DNA of 64,000 bases from Nitrosopumilus sp. (GCA_965249555.1 OZ252243.1:1856001-1920000), one strand, 5' to 3'. Positions 10,232-20,662 are shown, counted from the stretch's first letter. Program-made: numbers and translations. The notes: generated by a model from the letters alone, not told the origin.

Positions 10232-11128
10232 ATGCCTTCTTTAGATGAAATTAGAAACCAATTAAATGAATACGAAAACGGTTTCGATCATTATCGTAAA
10301 AAATATCTAAAAGAATTAAGTGAATTAACGAAAAGAAATACAATTATCTATTATTCAGGTTGGTTGAATGGAAATGTTCCAAGTGTTTCGTTTGGAATTG
10401 ATGATAATGACATTAATGCATTCATGAGTTGTATACATGGATTAGATAAAACAAAAGGATTGGATTTGATTTTACATACTCCTGGCGGAGAGGTAGGAGC
10501 AACAGAATCTATTGTCCATTATCTCAGACAAATTTTTGGCATAGATATTCGTGTGATTGTCCCACAAATAGCAATGTCTGGTGGAACAATGATTGCTTGT
10601 TCATCAAAAGAAATATTGATGGGAAAACAATCTAGTTTAGGACCGATAGATCCTCAATACCGTGGAGTATCTGCACAAGGCGTATTATCAGAATTCAAAA
10701 AAGCTCAAGAAGATGTAAAAAAAGATAAAGATTCTATTCCTTTATGGCATTCTATAATATCAAAATATACTCCTACATTAATTGGTGAGTGTCAAAATGC
10801 TATCAAATGGTCTGAAGGAATTACTAGAGAATGGTTAAAAGACGGTATGTTAAAAGATAAAACAGACCCTGCTATACTTATCGATAAAATCATGTCGACT
10901 GTAGCAAGTCATGATAACACAAAATCTCATGAACGTCATATTTCTGCATCAAAAGCTATAGAAATAGGCCTTAATGTAAAAATGATTGAAGATGAACAAA
11001 AATTACAAGATGCGATTCTATCAGTTCATCATTCAACAATATTATCTCTAAATGCTGCCAGAATATTAAAAATAATAGAAAACCAAAATGGGAAAAGGAT
11101 GATTGGGATTTATGAATTACCAAAATAA
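10232..11128 (+). CDS. SDH_sah / ClpP-crotonase-class serine peptidase (S49-like)
   Basis: LILHTPGG, AMSGGTMIA, SSLGPIDPQ and SHERHI motifs. Confidence 0.9.
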   Translation: MPSLDEIRNQLNEYENGFDHYRKKYLKELSELTKRNTIIYYSGWLNGNVPSVSFGIDDNDINAFMSCIHGLDKTKGLDLILHTPGGEVGATESIVHYLRQIFGIDIRVIVPQIAMSGGTMIACSSKEILMGKQSSLGPIDPQYRGVSAQGVLSEFKKAQEDVKKDKDSIPLWHSIISKYTPTLIGECQNAIKWSEGITREWLKDGMLKDKTDPAILIDKIMSTVASHDNTKSHERHISASKAIEIGLNVKMIEDEQKLQDAILSVHHSTILSLNAARILKIIENQNGKRMIGIYELPK

Positions 11129-11138
11129 TCATAATTCC

Positions 11139-11272
11139 AGGTTCTCCCATACGAAATTGTCTCCAACCCTACTGAGGACACTTCCTAGCGTGTTTTGCTG
11201 AATCAGGACACATCTGCACTGTGCGACGATGCAAGTTCTGCATATGCGATTAGTTTTTCTGCCGTTGCAAAT
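11139..11272 (-). mobile_element. Internally deleted IS110 remnant (right end plus transposase fragment)
   Basis: Reverse complement of 61030-61086; encodes FATAEKLIAYAELASSH, similar to FASAEKLVSYAGLAPSH of the 60623 ORF. Confidence 0.8.
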
Positions 11273-11382
11273 GATACAAAGTCAGTCCATTGTTTTTGTG
11301 AAATATTCCATAATAATCTAGGGCAGCAGGTACCCAATCATCTGTTCTTTAAATTACTGTACAAGTCATTCTATAACTAGTT

Positions 11383-11468
11383 GAGGCTTGGGCATAATGA
11401 TTTACAAAAAAACCAAGACTTTTCTCTAACAGCAAAGCATTCTTTTCACAGTCCTTGGATTTTCACTT
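11383..11468 (-). mobile_element. Isolated right-end fragment of the IS5-like element
   Basis: GAGGCTTGGGCATAATGATTTACAAAAAAACC..., matches 56636 onward. Confidence 0.8.
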
Positions 11469-11614
11469 TTAATTACACAGACGTTATACGAAATCTTTTT
11501 CATATCTTGTGATGTATACCTACTGTTGGGCCTGAGAGTTGAATGGATACTGCCATGTACAAGGGCGTTTAACAGACTAACTCAAAGTAAGCGGAAAACA
11601 AAATACCACATAGA

Positions 11615-12751
11615 TGAGCATAATCCATTCTAATTTTTAACCGATTTCTCAAATTATTCAAATGGAAAAAGCCAAGGATCTCATCATGTTTTGTTCATTG
11701 GAATGATTACAAAACAAATAAAAATCCCAGGCAAGATTCTATGTGAGTCATTTCTTATTAGTATTTTGTATCTGGTTGGAACACTATATCTGTATGAGAA
11801 TGCAGTGAGACGAGGACGGCCATATGTCTATTCAACTGTTCTGATGGTTCAGTTATTCATCGTAAAGTCATGGATGAGAATTCCAAGTAACAACACACTG
11901 CATTATTTTCTCTCAATCAAATGTACCAATGACAAATTACTCAAGGTTTGCAGACTAAACCAAATCCCTGACAGAAGGACAATTGACAGAAGATTTCAAT
12001 GCTTGCCAATCAATGAAATTATTAGCACTGTAGGAAATTTGTTTGTCTCAGAAGGATTGGTGAATAGTGAATCAGCATCAGTTGATAGTTCAATGCTAAA
12101 AGCTTCAGGTCCAGTATGGCACAAATCAGACATCAAAAAGAATCACCTACCAATTGCAGGAATTGACACAAATGCCAAGTGGGGATTCTCCAAATCAAAG
12201 GGTTGGGTGTATGGATACAAACTACACATGAGGTATAGTACGGGAAGACTAGTTGTTCCATTATCTGCCATGTGTAACTACTGCAAATGTCCATGATAGC
12301 AAGCCATATGAGAAATTGATTGGGTCACTTTCTGGATTGATGAATAGTATATGGTGTGATCCGGCATATGATGATTCCAAACTATACGAGTCAACTAAGA
12401 ATAATGCCATGAGATTAATCTGTCCGGTCAAAAAATACCCGTCTACGCCGCCAGCCAGAATAAAGTTGATAGGGTTTTACAATTCAGCAGTTGGTCGGAA
12501 ATTATATTCTCAGAGAAAAATATCAATTGAACCACTCTTTGAAATAATCAAGGATACGTTTAACATTAGAACAGTTCCGGTGAAAGGATTTGAGAATATA
12601 TAATCATTCGTGCTGATTTGCGTGCTGGTGTATCAGTTGGCAGTGTATTGTAACTGTGTAATTGGAAGTGGGAATCCAAGGATTGTGAAAAGAATGCTTT
12701 GCTGTTAGAGAAAAGTCTTGGTTTTTTTGTAAATCATTATGCCCAAGTCTC
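11615..12751 (+). mobile_element. IS5-like (DDE_Tnp_1) element with frameshifted transposase (11691-12296 / 12253-12603)
   Basis: VDSS, GWVYGYKLH, DPAYD and R..IEPLF motifs; right TIR ATTATGCCCAAGTCTC followed by ACGTAATT; damaged left TIR; premature TAA at 12601. Confidence 0.85.
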
Positions 12752-12879
12752 ACGTAATTATACTAGATATTTACAAAAAATGAGATACATTAACCAACTA
12801 ATAGAAAAGGGCATTGAGAGAAATTTTATATTGAATCAAATTAAAAATACATTATCAGAAATAATAAGAACATACTAAA

Positions 12880-13113
12880 TTAATCAGAATAAGTTAATTT
12901 CCAAAAAACATTATGAATACAAGAACCAAGCTTGGGGGCTTTCTCCCCATTATCAAAAAGCATACTATAAGCTTGAGATGGGACATAACAATTTTCGTCT
13001 TCGTGATCCTCAACATGAGAGTGATATTCATAACATCCGTTAATTTTAAAAAATTCCCCGCTTTGTACCAACACCTCTCCTTTTATTGCATTTTGTAAAA
13101 TCATGTTATTCAC
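12880..13113 (-). CDS. Small hypothetical protein (possible metal-binding)
   Basis: 77-aa ORF with Cys/His residues, within the island. Confidence 0.45.
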   Translation of the reverse strand: MNNMILQNAIKGEVLVQSGEFFKINGCYEYHSHVEDHEDENCYVPSQAYSMLFDNGEKAPKLGSCIHNVFWKLTYSD

Positions 13114-13751
13114 AATTATTTTAGTAAGAATTGTATATATAGATTTTATTAGTTAAAATTACATAAAACTAAGATGCTAGGGATTTTAATAAAATAGATG
13201 GGATTGAATAAGGTTAAATTTCTGCAACTAAAAGGACTTTATTATTTTCCATGATAAAGCCTATTGTTTCAGATATTTTGGTATGTGATATTTATGCAAA
13301 AAAAGGAGGAGGACACACAATTATTGAGATAGAAACTGGATTCACTCCGCCCGAACATGCAATGGACACTGTTGATATTATGCTGCAAGAATTATGAGCA
13401 AGATTTCTAGATATAGTCAATATTGCTCAAAGTTTTCCTTGGCAACTCCTGTAATTGGAATTTTACCAATCTCAAAAATTTTCTTATCATCCCCAAATGC
13501 AAGAAATGAAGAAGAAATAAACAAAGTCAAAGATCTATGTGATCGCTATTACAAAAATCCTCCAATAAAATACGACGATATTCAAAATGCGCACCTTCAT
13601 TCGATTTATCTGATAAATATCGATAAAGGATTTGCAAAGGAACTTGATCTACAAGGCTATGTTGATTTAACTGAAAGCCTTCTTAGCCGCAGTGAAGTAG
13701 AGTTCTAGCCGTCCTTTTAATTTAGAAAAAATTCAAATTCATCTATTGTTT

Positions 13752-13898
13752 ATGACATGTAAGATGATTTGCGCTGCGTGTGAGACAAGAAAGCACTACG
13801 AATGTATTGATTGTATGAATAACCACAAAACACATCTGTGTTCCTGTGATTGTCATGATGAGAATACTGGACCTCACGATACTGGGCAATCCCACTGA
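13752..13898 (+). CDS. Small Cys/His-rich protein (48 aa, metallothionein-like; not in ORF track)
   Basis: MTCKMICAACETRKHYECIDCMNNHKTHLCSCDCHD... Confidence 0.55.
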   Translation: MTCKMICAACETRKHYECIDCMNNHKTHLCSCDCHDENTGPHDTGQSH

Positions 13899-13900
13899 TC

Positions 13901-14581
13901 TTAATTCTTGAATTTTCTTTCAATCTCTTGTGCCATTATTTCTAACTGACTTGTATCTCCCAACTTCCTGTAGGTTAATTTTTCCAGGGTTTTGATGATG
14001 CTAATTGCTGCTCTGTATTGTGGAATATCTGGCTGATTTAGTTCTCCATACATTCCTATTCCTTGAATTCCATTTTTCTTTGCAAATCCGAGAATCAACC
14101 CGTTGAATCCTGTAATTATTGATTTTTGAGGAGTTATCTCTACATTGAGTTTCTCCATCTGCTTTGTAAGTTCTATTGATGTTGTAGTGATGTATGTCTT
14201 GGGATTATTATCTAAAACTCTATTAGTATGAAAACCTCCAAATGTATAAATGAACTTTGCAGAATATTTTTTTGCAACATCAATTACATCCTGACATAAA
14301 GCGTTTATCTCACTGTTGCTTTGAGGTTGTCCTTTTCCTCCCCCAAATACTATCAAATCATCTGTATACCTGTACTCCCAACTCTCATTTGGAAGATCAA
14401 TGTATCCTCCTCTATCAACTACATATGTTGGATCTAGTGTTCTTGCGACTCTAAATGTTTTTGTTCTTAAAGAATCGTTGATGAAATTTACTACCACGCT
14501 TCCAACATTCCCCATATCTTGCATTGCTGCAATAACAATTGGTTTCTCTACAGTTGGTTCTTCAGCTTGTGTAAATTCCAT
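13901..14581 (-). CDS. PAC2-family proteasome assembly chaperone
   Basis: DMGNVG, YTFGG and ITGFNGLILG motifs. Confidence 0.85.
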   Translation of the reverse strand: MEFTQAEEPTVEKPIVIAAMQDMGNVGSVVVNFINDSLRTKTFRVARTLDPTYVVDRGGYIDLPNESWEYRYTDDLIVFGGGKGQPQSNSEINALCQDVIDVAKKYSAKFIYTFGGFHTNRVLDNNPKTYITTTSIELTKQMEKLNVEITPQKSIITGFNGLILGFAKKNGIQGIGMYGELNQPDIPQYRAAISIIKTLEKLTYRKLGDTSQLEIMAQEIERKFKN

Positions 14582-14641
14582 AATTTTTCTGAAATCTAAT
14601 CAATTTTAAACATATGCTCTTGAAAAATATATAACGTATTA

Positions 14642-15052
14642 TCAAGTATAATATCTTTTGAAGCCTTTATCCGTTGGATAAAGCTCGACTTTATTTCCAG
14701 TAAACCCGCTTTTCTTTACCACTTTCATCAATCCTTGATCTTCTAAATCTTTCAAAATGGTTTCTAACTCTTGATTACTTATGCCAATGTTTTTTTGAAT
14801 TTTATTGAAATCTTTGACTCCCTTGTTTAATTCTCCTAAAACCTGTGTCTCCTTGTTTTGTGGCTTTTCAAATGATTTTACTCTTTCAATTGTTTCGGGC
14901 CTTTTTTCTATTCCTGAATTACTTGAACTAAACTGATCTTCATTAAATGGATCCTTTCCTTTTCTCCATTTTTTTACTAGACGAGGAACTATTCTAGCTA
15001 GGGGAATTAAGAAAAATATTAGATAAATCCAGGAAAAACCTTCCTCAACCAT
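14642..15052 (-). CDS. Membrane-anchored wHTH hypothetical protein
   Basis: Likely start MVEEGFSW; one TM segment, then a C-terminal wHTH (LKDLEDQGLM...YPTDKG). Confidence 0.65.
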   Translation of the reverse strand: MVEEGFSWIYLIFFLIPLARIVPRLVKKWRKGKDPFNEDQFSSSNSGIEKRPETIERVKSFEKPQNKETQVLGELNKGVKDFNKIQKNIGISNQELETILKDLEDQGLMKVVKKSGFTGNKVELYPTDKGFKRYYT

Positions 15053-15255
15053 GCCTAAAGTCACAATAACTGATTTATTATTTGTTATTTTGTATTGTGA
15101 ACTGTACTGTATTGAGCCTAGAGATCTACTGTATCTTTTTTCCAATACGATACAACTCTGTCATATTTTAACTCTTGTAGATTTTAATTCATTATTTGAT
15201 GATCGAAAGAAACATGAAAGATTCATAAGGCAAAAAAACAATCCAACCACAAATT

Positions 15256-16980
15256 ATGGAGACATCACTAGAAACCATTGGCACATTGGAATATGTTCTT
15301 GATAAATATTCCAAAATCTGGAGTTGGAAGATTTCTGGTGATCGTGCGGTAAACATGATCTCAAGACTAGTTCCTGAAGCTTGGTATGGCGAAAATGTAA
15401 ATGAAATAATTATTTCTGATAACATTGAAAATGTAAAACAAATTAAACTAATTATGGATCGATATCCCCTTGAAATTCTATCAAAATATGTATGGCAAAG
15501 AAAAATCATAAAGACTTATGCGCCAAAACCCATTTTGCCTCCAATTAAACATAAACTAAAACGTGCAAAAGCCGGCACACAATTCCGAGGAAAACTTTTG
15601 AATTTCCAAAAAGAGGGATTAGATTTTTTACTGAAATCTTCTGGTAATGCATTACTGGCTGATGAGATGGGTCTTGGAAAAACTGTGGAAACATTATCTT
15701 ATGTAGCAACTGAAAAACAAACATTTCCTGTACTTGTTATTGCACCTTTAGTTACATTACATAATTGGGAACGGGAGATTGCAAAGTTTCTAAAGAAAAA
15801 GAGTAGAAATGGAAGAATCGTTGAATCAAAATCCCCTAGTGTCACACTTATTCGAACTGGGAAATCTAAAGAACTTCCAAAGTCTGACATTTACGTAATC
15901 AACTATGAATTACTTTTCAAGAGAAATCCTGATTTAGCCAAACTTGGAATAAAGACTATAGTTTGTGATGAGGTACACAACCTAAGGTCAAAAACTACTC
16001 AGAAATACAAGGCAGTCAAAAAACTTGCTGCGCTTCCTTCAGTGTTGTACAGAATTGGTCTTTCTGGCACTCCAATTTACAATCGTGGTTCAGAAATCTG
16101 GCCAATTATTGATATCATCAAGCCAGGACTACTTGGCAGCTTTAAGGAATTTTGTGAATACTTTTGTTATGTAAATGAAAAGGGGAAGGCTATTGTTTTG
16201 GAAAATAAACGAGCCTCGCTTAGACATGAATTACAAAAGCATGTGATGTTGAGAAGGAAAAAGTCTGATGTCCTAAAAGAACTCAAAGACAAGGTTCGTT
16301 ACAAAGAAGTCATTGCATCAGATACTGATTATTATCTTGAAGAGCTTGATAAAATCTGGAAGAAGCTTGAGGAAGAGCAAAAAGTTGCAGAAACTGAATT
16401 CTCAAAGTCTGCATCATATCAACGAGCAATTCAAAGTGAGAGACAGATTGCAGGTCTTGCAAAACTTCCACATGTGATTAATTTTGTTAAAAATATTATG
16501 GAGATTGAAGAAAGTGTAGTAGTGTTTTGCCATCACAAGGTAATTCACAAACTACTTCATCAAAGTCTTCAGGAATTTTCTCCTGTTGCGATAATTGGGG
16601 GACAAACAGATTCATTTAGACAGGATCAAATTGACAAATTCCAGAAAGGTGAATCAAAACTAATGATTGCAGGTCTTCGTGCTGGAAATGTTGGAATTAA
16701 CTTGACTAAAGCAAAGTATGTCATCTTTGCAGAACTTGATTGGAGTCCTGCAATCCATAGACAAGCTGAAGATAGATTACACAGAATTGGTCAGAAAAAT
16801 ACTGTTTTTGCATACTACTTGATTGGAAACGGAACATTAGATGATCATGTTGCTGATATCTTGGTAGATAAGAGCTACGAGATTGATGCAATAATTGATG
16901 ACTCGGCTGATAACTATGAAAATAAAAACAAGGCCGAACTGATCTTAGCTCAGATACAAGACAAGATTCGCTCCAAATAA
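15256..16980 (+). CDS. SNF2-family (HARP-like) helicase
   Basis: LADEMGLGKT, DEVH, LSGTP and QAEDRLHRIGQ motifs. Confidence 0.95.
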   Translation: METSLETIGTLEYVLDKYSKIWSWKISGDRAVNMISRLVPEAWYGENVNEIIISDNIENVKQIKLIMDRYPLEILSKYVWQRKIIKTYAPKPILPPIKHKLKRAKAGTQFRGKLLNFQKEGLDFLLKSSGNALLADEMGLGKTVETLSYVATEKQTFPVLVIAPLVTLHNWEREIAKFLKKKSRNGRIVESKSPSVTLIRTGKSKELPKSDIYVINYELLFKRNPDLAKLGIKTIVCDEVHNLRSKTTQKYKAVKKLAALPSVLYRIGLSGTPIYNRGSEIWPIIDIIKPGLLGSFKEFCEYFCYVNEKGKAIVLENKRASLRHELQKHVMLRRKKSDVLKELKDKVRYKEVIASDTDYYLEELDKIWKKLEEEQKVAETEFSKSASYQRAIQSERQIAGLAKLPHVINFVKNIMEIEESVVVFCHHKVIHKLLHQSLQEFSPVAIIGGQTDSFRQDQIDKFQKGESKLMIAGLRAGNVGINLTKAKYVIFAELDWSPAIHRQAEDRLHRIGQKNTVFAYYLIGNGTLDDHVADILVDKSYEIDAIIDDSADNYENKNKAELILAQIQDKIRSK

Positions 16981-17078
16981 CTAAATCTTGATCTATTCAT
17001 AAAAAACTAAATTTAGTCATGGTTACTAGCAAAAATATTTTTCAATACGCTTAAGTTTAAAATAATCTAGCAAAATTT

Positions 17079-17294
17079 GTGGATATTTATTCAACAAGGG
17101 TACCTGTTATTTTGATAATTGTACTTGTGGGTATTCTCATATTGCAGTATGTGACTAATGAACAAAATACCAGTACATTGATAGATTATGAAACATGTGA
17201 ATTATACATTAAAGATCCTCAAATTAACGCTAAGCAATTCTTGAATGAATATGATTCTAAATGCCTAGAAATGAAAAAAATTGCTTCGCCCTAA
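17079..17294 (+). CDS. Small membrane protein
   Basis: N-terminal TM segment. Confidence 0.55.
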   Translation: MDIYSTRVPVILIIVLVGILILQYVTNEQNTSTLIDYETCELYIKDPQINAKQFLNEYDSKCLEMKKIASP

Positions 17295-17944
17295 ATTTCT
17301 AGCTTATTTTTCAGTTTAGATAATTTTTCAGCAATGCTGTCTTTTTTTAGTTGTTCAATCTGAGAATCATTAATTTCTTTTACAATCTCATCAATTATAC
17401 TCAGAATTTCAACTTCTGATTTGGATTCATCAAAATTAGTATTATCAAATCCTTCTGTCTCTGTTTTGTCAATCTCTTCTATTCCTTCAGGTAAAATCTC
17501 ATAAATTTTGACTAGTCTATCTTTTTGTCTTTGTGGTGACATTAGAACCAATTGAGATTTTCTTAATTTTTCTACATCTGCCATTAGTTTGTCTTGAGAT
17601 GTTCTAAGAATGTCTGTAATCTGCTCTATACTGCAAGACTTTATTTGAAGAAGACGCAAAATTTTTGCCCATGTTGGAATATTGTTACTCCAAAGAATTT
17701 CTCGTGCAAGATTTGTGATGGAAAAAGAACCATCACTGTTTAATGATATCATTTTTCTGTCTTTTAATGATGCAAGTGCATCAAGAATTCTTCCAATCCC
17801 TAGTCTCTTTAATTCTGAATTCTCTAAATTATTTTCATTAAATACTCCATTTTCTTTAATTGCTAAATCTAAAATTTCCAAATCAATAGTACCTAGTTTT
17901 CTCATATTATGTATATCTCTCTTCAAGAATATATGTGGATTCAC
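17291..17944 (-). CDS. Hypothetical tandem-wHTH protein
   Basis: Two wHTH-like repeats; start probably at MRKLGT. Confidence 0.65.
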   Translation of the reverse strand: MNPHIFLKRDIHNMRKLGTIDLEILDLAIKENGVFNENNLENSELKRLGIGRILDALASLKDRKMISLNSDGSFSITNLAREILWSNNIPTWAKILRLLQIKSCSIEQITDILRTSQDKLMADVEKLRKSQLVLMSPQRQKDRLVKIYEILPEGIEEIDKTETEGFDNTNFDESKSEVEILSIIDEIVKEINDSQIEQLKKDSIAEKLSKLKNKLEI

Positions 17945-17956
17945 ATAATTTGATTT

Positions 17957-18580
17957 ATGGTTCTATACCAACTACCAAAATTATCATATGGTTATGATGA
18001 ACTAGAACCATTCATTGATACAGAAACAATGAAGATTCATCATCAAAAACATCATCAGGCATATGTTGATGGATTAAACAAATCCCTTGAACAAGTTGGC
18101 AGTGCATCACATCCTCAGTATATTTCATCTATTCTCTCTAATCTAAAATCAATTCCTGAATCTGGACAAAGTGCAATCAATTTTTTTGGTGGAGGTTTTG
18201 AGAATCACAGGTTGTTTTGGGAAACAATGACTCCAAATAGTGACGGTGAACCTGGAGGAAAACTAGAAGATTCAATTGATGTTTATTTTGATAATTTTGA
18301 GAATTTTAAAAAAGTTTTTTCAGAAAAAGCAATTTCAATTCAAGGAAGTGGTTGGTGTTGGTTGGTCTTCAATCAGACTTTTAATAAAATCGAAATCATT
18401 ACAACTTCAAATCAAGACAGTCCTTGGATCTTTCAAAAAATTCCCTTGTTGGGATTGGATGTTTGGGAGCATGCATACTATCTGAAATATCAAAACAAAA
18501 GACCTGATTATGTTAATGCATGGTGGAATACTGTTAACTGGGATTATGTGGAAAATCGATTCACAGAACTTCCTGGATAA
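17957..18580 (+). CDS. sod: Fe/Mn superoxide dismutase
   Basis: HHQKHHQAYV, NHRLFW and DVWEHAYY motifs. Confidence 0.95.
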   Translation: MVLYQLPKLSYGYDELEPFIDTETMKIHHQKHHQAYVDGLNKSLEQVGSASHPQYISSILSNLKSIPESGQSAINFFGGGFENHRLFWETMTPNSDGEPGGKLEDSIDVYFDNFENFKKVFSEKAISIQGSGWCWLVFNQTFNKIEIITTSNQDSPWIFQKIPLLGLDVWEHAYYLKYQNKRPDYVNAWWNTVNWDYVENRFTELPG

Positions 18581-18619
18581 AATATCTGATTTGGGTAAAT
18601 TCTTTTAAAGAAAAAACCA

Positions 18620-19918
18620 ATGTATTTTTTAATGAATAAGAGTCTAAGATACATTGCATTTCTTGCAATTATTCCCTTGTTTACTGCAGGGTTGACTACT
18701 GACTATTTCACAGATGCTGAAGCACTCAAAAGCAAAGGTACTAAATCTTTACAGTATGGTTCTAGTACAAATGTCTGTGGATTGCAGTTATGTTCTGAAA
18801 TTCCAGGCGGTAAAAACGCATGGATGGAACAGCAAAAACAACCAACTCCTGTAGCACCAGTTGCTGAAGAAGAAGCCATGATGGAAGAAGCCATGATGGA
18901 AGAAACCATGATGGAAGAAACCATGATGGAAGAAGTAACTGAAGCAGACTTGGGTTCTGTACTTAGATTATCAAGAGCAAACGTTCCAACAGATATTCCA
19001 TTGCATCAAGGATACTATGACGGCGGAGATGTTTATTTCATCATCACTGATTCTAGTGATCCTACTCATGCAGAAATCATTACAGAAAATCAAGGATGGC
19101 AAGTAGAGCTTGCTCCTTTATTGGTAAATGCTCCTGATGAGGCACTTTCAAAAACATACATGTTCACCAACGGCATTGATGGTGGTGGTGTTCATGGATA
19201 TCAAAGTGAAGTCTTTACAAGTACACCTGCACAAGCAGATGTGTACAGTGCATTGACTTCTCATGTCCATGTTACATGGAATGAAGGTGCTACACCAAGA
19301 GTACTTGATTCAGATGCAATGATTATGGAAGCGACTGATAATGAAGAAATCACATTAACAGAAGTTAATGTGGTTTTGAATATGCCACAAATCATTTGGC
19401 CTGATGGTCAGATGATGGTCAAAGAAGACAAAACTTTGACTGACGAAACACCTTATGGTGGTGGCCAAGTTCTTGATATCAATACAGAAGAGATGACTGT
19501 AACTTTTATTGCTCATCGTGGATGGGGTCCAGATGGTAGAACAATCTATTACATTGTAACAGATGCTACTCCAAGTGGTCCTGCCGGAATGATGGGTGTT
19601 GTAAGTTCACCTTCATCTGCAAGCTTGATTGCAAACTCAGCAGCAGTAGACTTGTATCAATTCAGAAATGGTTTGACCGGAACTGGTCCATTAGGATTTC
19701 AACCTGGAATAGCGGCAGGAGCTCCTGGTGATGTAAACTATTCTCCTATGTGGAGAATTTTCATGATAGGATGGGAAAATCCTGATAAAGCACAATTACT
19801 AGAAACCATAGATGACATGAATGCATACAAGGAAGCTGGCTTGATCGATATTGGTATTGCTCGTCCAATGGATAGTGATCACATTGTTAACTGTCCATTC
19901 ATTGATCCATTCCAATAA
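18620..19918 (+). CDS. Secreted thaumarchaeal protein with duplicated domain and Met-rich linker
   Basis: Signal peptide; VCGLQLCSE motif; two YxIxTD domains; NCP at the C-terminus. Confidence 0.75.
   Translation: MYFLMNKSLRYIAFLAIIPLFTAGLTTDYFTDAEALKSKGTKSLQYGSSTNVCGLQLCSEIPGGKNAWMEQQKQPTPVAPVAEEEAMMEEAMMEETMMEETMMEEVTEADLGSVLRLSRANVPTDIPLHQGYYDGGDVYFIITDSSDPTHAEIITENQGWQVELAPLLVNAPDEALSKTYMFTNGIDGGGVHGYQSEVFTSTPAQADVYSALTSHVHVTWNEGATPRVLDSDAMIMEATDNEEITLTEVNVVLNMPQIIWPDGQMMVKEDKTLTDETPYGGGQVLDINTEEMTVTFIAHRGWGPDGRTIYYIVTDATPSGPAGMMGVVSSPSSASLIANSAAVDLYQFRNGLTGTGPLGFQPGIAAGAPGDVNYSPMWRIFMIGWENPDKAQLLETIDDMNAYKEAGLIDIGIARPMDSDHIVNCPFIDPFQ
18869..18934 (+). repeat. In-frame 15-bp tandem repeat encoding EE(A/T)MM x4
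   Basis: GAAGAA(G/A)CCATGATG repeated four times. Confidence 0.9.
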
Positions 19919-20040
19919 GATCTAATCTCTTTTTTTCTTTTTTTAAATTCTTTACATTTGTTAACTTTAATTAAAAAATTCTAACAAATTTTCAGAGAAT
20001 TAACTACCTGATTTATCTTTGATTATGAGAATACTACTGT

Positions 20041-20415
20041 ATGGGTATTGCTGGAATGTTTATGCTTAATGCAGAAGAGTACAAAACAGAAAAAATACAT
20101 CAAGCCCTTGATATGCTATATGTAGATAGAAAAAATGAATTTCGTGAATTGTCGCTAGTACTGCTTAATGAAAAGGCACTACAAGTCATTCCCCATTGGA
20201 AAGAATTTGTTTTGAATTTCTGCTTAGATGTTGAAGAGGCCTTTAAGACATGGTCTGGTCAAAGTTCTCTATCTGTATATTCTCCACAAAAAGCATTGAC
20301 CTTGTTAAGACAACTGGCACATGACAAGACATCCATGAATCAACTTGCACATCTGCTTAATTTGTCATGTACTATTTCACTCGAATTCAAAGAGATCTAT
20401 AGGCGCCTAAGGTAA
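20041..20415 (+). CDS. Hypothetical protein
   Basis: 124-aa ORF. Confidence 0.65.
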   Translation: MGIAGMFMLNAEEYKTEKIHQALDMLYVDRKNEFRELSLVLLNEKALQVIPHWKEFVLNFCLDVEEAFKTWSGQSSLSVYSPQKALTLLRQLAHDKTSMNQLAHLLNLSCTISLEFKEIYRRLR

Positions 20416-20452
20416 TTTTTTTCTATTTTTAATTTCAATACCCAAATATTAT

Positions 20453-20662
20453 CTAGTTTTCTTGAATGTATCCATTACGAATTAGTGCATCTAATCCATC
20501 AAAAAATATTCTATCATCAAGTTTTTGATCATGCCATATTTTTGCACGATTTTTAAACCAATTGGGAATTTCAGAAGAACCTGATTCGGATATTATCAAA
20601 TTCGTATCAAATGGTACGTAATTTAGCGATTCATAAATTTTATTTTCAATAGGAATAATCAA
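20453..20662 (-). pseudogene. Orphan C-terminal fragment with thaumarchaeal IP.W.KN.A.WW-type domain
   Basis: EIPNWFKNRAKIWH...F..GL..LI..G.I motif, normally C-terminal in larger exported proteins. Confidence 0.55.

Larger units (their letters stand above)
7485..13269. mobile_element. 5.8-kb inserted island bounded by TGTTT direct repeats
   Basis: TGTTT at 7480-7484 and 13265-13269; removal restores the host reading frame; very AT-rich cargo with nested IS remnants. Confidence 0.75.
7266..13708 (+). pseudogene. Archaeal PD-(D/E)xK-like hypothetical gene split by a 5.8-kb insertion and frameshifted
   Basis: 5' part 7266-7484 (MDLEKFRNDV...RGYAVDVEKGV) rejoins in frame to 13270 onward (SDILVCDIYAKKGGGHTIIEIETGF...), then 13394-13708. 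Confidence 0.8.
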
